Shown in pieces: positions 61,742 through 64,000 of a DNA stretch of 64,000 nucleotides (position 1 is its first letter; the number at the start of each line of letters is the position of its first letter). The stretch is from a virus (taxonomy: Duplodnaviria; Heunggongvirae; Uroviricota; Caudoviricetes). A model generated the notes under the pieces. That model ran no database searches and was not told the origin of the DNA. It saw nothing but the letters and a program-made list of their open reading frames with translations. The DNA is taken from IMG/VR virus record IMGVR_UViG_2703718869_000013, positions 33,127 through 97,126 of that record; one strand, written 5' to 3'. Made by a program: the position numbers and the translations under genes.

Positions 61742-62026
61742 CTACCTCCTACACTCAGGGCAAGTGTTCCCTTCCGCAAAGTAGGGGAAACTGCTATCAA
61801 GTTCATCACACCATCTGCGATGCTCGTAGCACCAAAAAGCCTCCCACGGTAAACCAAAAGACTTCATCCACCGGGACACTCGATCTGGTATATCTGCTGG
61901 TGGCAGTTCTTCTGGCAATAATTTGCCTGATAATTCCCTTTCCGCCCGCGCCAGCATTCCTTTTAGACTCGCATTCTCTTTTTCAAGAATCTCTATGCGC
62001 GCCTGTAACTCAGCTTTCGTTGGCAT
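61742..62026 (-). CDS. coiled-coil protein with C-terminal Cys cluster
   Basis: 94 aa from ATG at 62026 preceded by a GAGG RBS; the listed ORF extends to 62107. Confidence 0.4.
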   Translation of the reverse strand: MPTKAELQARIEILEKENASLKGMLARAERELSGKLLPEELPPADIPDRVSRWMKSFGLPWEAFWCYEHRRWCDELDSSFPYFAEGNTCPECRR

Positions 62027-62660
62027 GGTCCGCCTCATGCTTTTCAGCCGCCAGCGGCAATAAAGCCCTGGCCATCTTATGAACCAATAGTGCATCAATA
62101 ATGCCAAGCGTATGCCCTGGCTTAATGTTTAATGCCGCCTCGAGGTGACATCTTTCCAGGCCACTTTTCTCGACTTGTTTATGATGATCTGGCGTAATAA
62201 CGTCGCCCAAAACACGGCTAATTCTTTCTCGTAATTGCTGGGTGCCAGCACACTTGATCGCTGTATCGTGGAGACGGTTAACCAGTTCGCGATAAACATG
62301 CGGCTTAATGCGGATACGTTCACCGGTGACGCCCTTTCCTGGCGCTGGCACCGAACTATCCGGAATATCCGGATAGTTGCCAGCCTCGTAAGCTACCCGC
62401 AGCCAGTGCATGAATGTTTCAGTGGACACACAACCACAGTCCACATCGATTTTTCCGCGTTGCTGTTCCAGCCACTGCTCAAAATTCAATCTACACGTAT
62501 TACTTTCATGTTGCTCTTTTTGTCTCAAGGCCAGCATCTGCTGGGCTATTTCCAATACTTCATCTGCCGTATATCCAGCACCGTGACCATACATTTCGAT
62601 ACGGGAAATAATCTCTGATATACGCTCTTCAGTGATTCTGGTCATTTCTTTTTGCGCCAT
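62010..62660 (-). CDS. hypothetical protein
   Basis: 216 aa ORF, 3' end overlapping the next gene by 17 nt. Confidence 0.45.
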   Translation of the reverse strand: MAQKEMTRITEERISEIISRIEMYGHGAGYTADEVLEIAQQMLALRQKEQHESNTCRLNFEQWLEQQRGKIDVDCGCVSTETFMHWLRVAYEAGNYPDIPDSSVPAPGKGVTGERIRIKPHVYRELVNRLHDTAIKCAGTQQLRERISRVLGDVITPDHHKQVEKSGLERCHLEAALNIKPGHTLGIIDALLVHKMARALLPLAAEKHEADHANES

Positions 62661-63016
62661 TTCTTTTCACATTCCTTAGTCCATTTTTCAATGTTCATTT
62701 TGGCAATATCAGTCATTCCATCACCTAAGAAATACTTTTTCCGGTATGTCTTACACTTAAACCACACTACAACAGCCACCAGCCAGAAAATAAAAGGCCA
62801 TACAGCAATACCAACGACAGCCGCGATAAAGCCCAATATCCATAAATGAAGCTCTCCAACTTCTGTTTCCGGCAATATTCTTAAAGAATTAAACAGCAGG
62901 CTGAACGAATGGTCGTATGCATTGGCAGTATAAGACATGCAATCCATATAATTAAAGTCATAGCCTGCGGCTGCCGCCCATAATGGGCGGTCAAGAAAAT
63001 GTTTTAGTGTCATCAT
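62642..63016 (-). CDS. small membrane protein
   Basis: 124 aa with one strongly hydrophobic segment (LWILGFIAAVVGIAVWPFIFWLVAVVVWF) and a Lys-rich C-terminus. Confidence 0.45.
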   Translation of the reverse strand: MMTLKHFLDRPLWAAAAGYDFNYMDCMSYTANAYDHSFSLLFNSLRILPETEVGELHLWILGFIAAVVGIAVWPFIFWLVAVVVWFKCKTYRKKYFLGDGMTDIAKMNIEKWTKECEKKWRKKK

Positions 63017-63022
63017 ATAAAT

Positions 63023-63316
63023 TTAAGGTTCAGACCAGTTATCTTCAATAGCAATGCTTAATCTTTGTAGCCATTCTGCTAATTTCAGCATTGCTTCTCT
63101 TTCGCTTAAACCACGAGGAAAATCATCAAGCGATATTGTTGGCTTGAAGCCCCCGTAATTATCCATTTCAACGGTCAGATTTTGCTCCAGTACGGTATTC
63201 CTTACGCGGCTATTGTGGCGAAGCAAATATACTGAACGTGATTTATTGGTTTTGTGGTCGAGCTGATATTCGGTAAGTATCATCTGGCTTTTGCCATGAC
63301 TATTACCTCTCCACAT
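63023..63316 (-). CDS. hypothetical protein
   Basis: 97 aa from ATG at 63316 preceded by GAGGTAAG; the listed ORF extends to 63412. Confidence 0.4.
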   Translation of the reverse strand: MWRGNSHGKSQMILTEYQLDHKTNKSRSVYLLRHNSRVRNTVLEQNLTVEMDNYGGFKPTISLDDFPRGLSEREAMLKLAEWLQRLSIAIEDNWSEP

Positions 63317-63323
63317 ACTTACC

Positions 63324-63446
63324 TCACTTAATAAAACAACTCCATGCGTAGTTGATGATTTTTTCCCACGTAATATAAATCTGCACTCCGGCAGTAAAAC
63401 CAAAGCCAACAATTGCTGAAAAAATCAAAACATTTACTTTTGACAT
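63324..63446 (-). CDS. 40-aa hydrophobic peptide
   Basis: MSKVNVLIFSAIVGFGFTAGVQIYITWEKIINYAWSCFIK; its stop abuts the RBS of the next gene; read by eye, below the ORF-track size cutoff. Confidence 0.3.
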   Translation of the reverse strand: MSKVNVLIFSAIVGFGFTAGVQIYITWEKIINYAWSCFIK

Positions 63447-63494
63447 TATAAATTTTCTCTCGGTGTCGTAGGTGATAGCACCATAATTTCTAAT

Positions 63495-63746
63495 TTAGTG
63501 AGTTAGCAGTTCCATTTTTTGGATGATTTCCGCATGAGCATCATCGTTGTCAACACTTAACTCGTTTAATGCCTCTCGCACTACATCAACTTCTTCTGGT
63601 TGGAAGAAGTCATCTCGGTAGTCACCAAATAGAACCGAAACAAGCCTGCCACCAGCAACATCAAGATTGGCGCTAACAGGTGGCTCTTTACCATCCTCAA
63701 ATTCGACTACAAAAGTTAATTTCCCCATCGTTACCACCAGCGACAA
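63495..63746 (-). CDS. hypothetical acidic small protein
   Basis: 83 aa ORF; no family recognised. Confidence 0.35.
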   Translation of the reverse strand: MSLVVTMGKLTFVVEFEDGKEPPVSANLDVAGGRLVSVLFGDYRDDFFQPEEVDVVREALNELSVDNDDAHAEIIQKMELLTH

Positions 63747-64000
63747 ATTGAATACAAACCCAGTGCTGCCGCCATCACAATTCCTACCGTTGCGAATGCT
63801 TCAGGCCAGCTCATTGACCTGCCTCCTGGGGAGGTTCTGGTAGCAGCATCCAGAACAAGGCGTTCCCTAACCACGATAAAGTGCCGTCGCTCAACTCCAC
63901 GTATTCCCCTTGCACCTGTCCTGCCATATACTCACCGTGCTTTGAATAAATTAAAATCCAATCATCTTGAGCGGGCATTCGCTCACTACAGCTTATCCAA

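Noticed and set aside
62027-62107. N-terminal extension of the listed 121-aa ORF at 61742-62107
   Set aside because: The extension is antisense-overlapped by the 216-aa gene and lacks an RBS; the internal ATG at 62026 has a good RBS and is taken as the start.

Overview
This window reads as DNA of a P1-like temperate phage / phage-plasmid from an enterobacterial host, with gene order rearranged relative to canonical P1 as I recall it. All calls rest on reading the sequence and the supplied ORF translations against remembered protein families; no search, alignment or folding was run. Recognised backbone: a late structural operon (1-5208), repL-kilA (7049-8724), a sim-like exclusion locus (10577-11834), the tail/baseplate operon with the Sit transglycosylase and tail fibre S/U (12082-24154), lydA-lydB-hdf-darA-ddrA-ddrB (25526-33502) interrupted by an IS200/IS605-type TnpB element (29207-30415), ssb and the SAR endolysin lyz (36214-37429), prt/pro (39355-42076), cra-cre with loxP (47576-49463), coi-c1 (49845-51016), and pacB-pacA-lpa-pdcB-doc-phd-humD (52724-58346) with a pac hexamer cluster and a LexA box. 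The most unusual feature is four paralogous c4-icd-ant immunity modules (A 8889-10480 minus, B 37684-39279 plus, C 45310-46974 plus, D 51049-52721 minus). Each sits behind a C1-operator-like site and carries its own internally compensated antisense specificity elements, and the copies form two inverted-repeat pairs. Accessory cargo worth follow-up: an AT-rich translationally coupled two-gene operon after repL (candidate defence), a protein with a Tad2/DUF2829-like C-terminal domain in the ssb operon (candidate anti-defence), an AppY-like regulator plus PdeH-like EAL phosphodiesterase with a (CAAA)6 repeat in their shared promoter region, a WcaB/CysE-like acetyltransferase island where P1 has cin and the C segment, and a lambda Stf/Tfa-like tail fibre tip. 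Novelty cannot be established without database searches.
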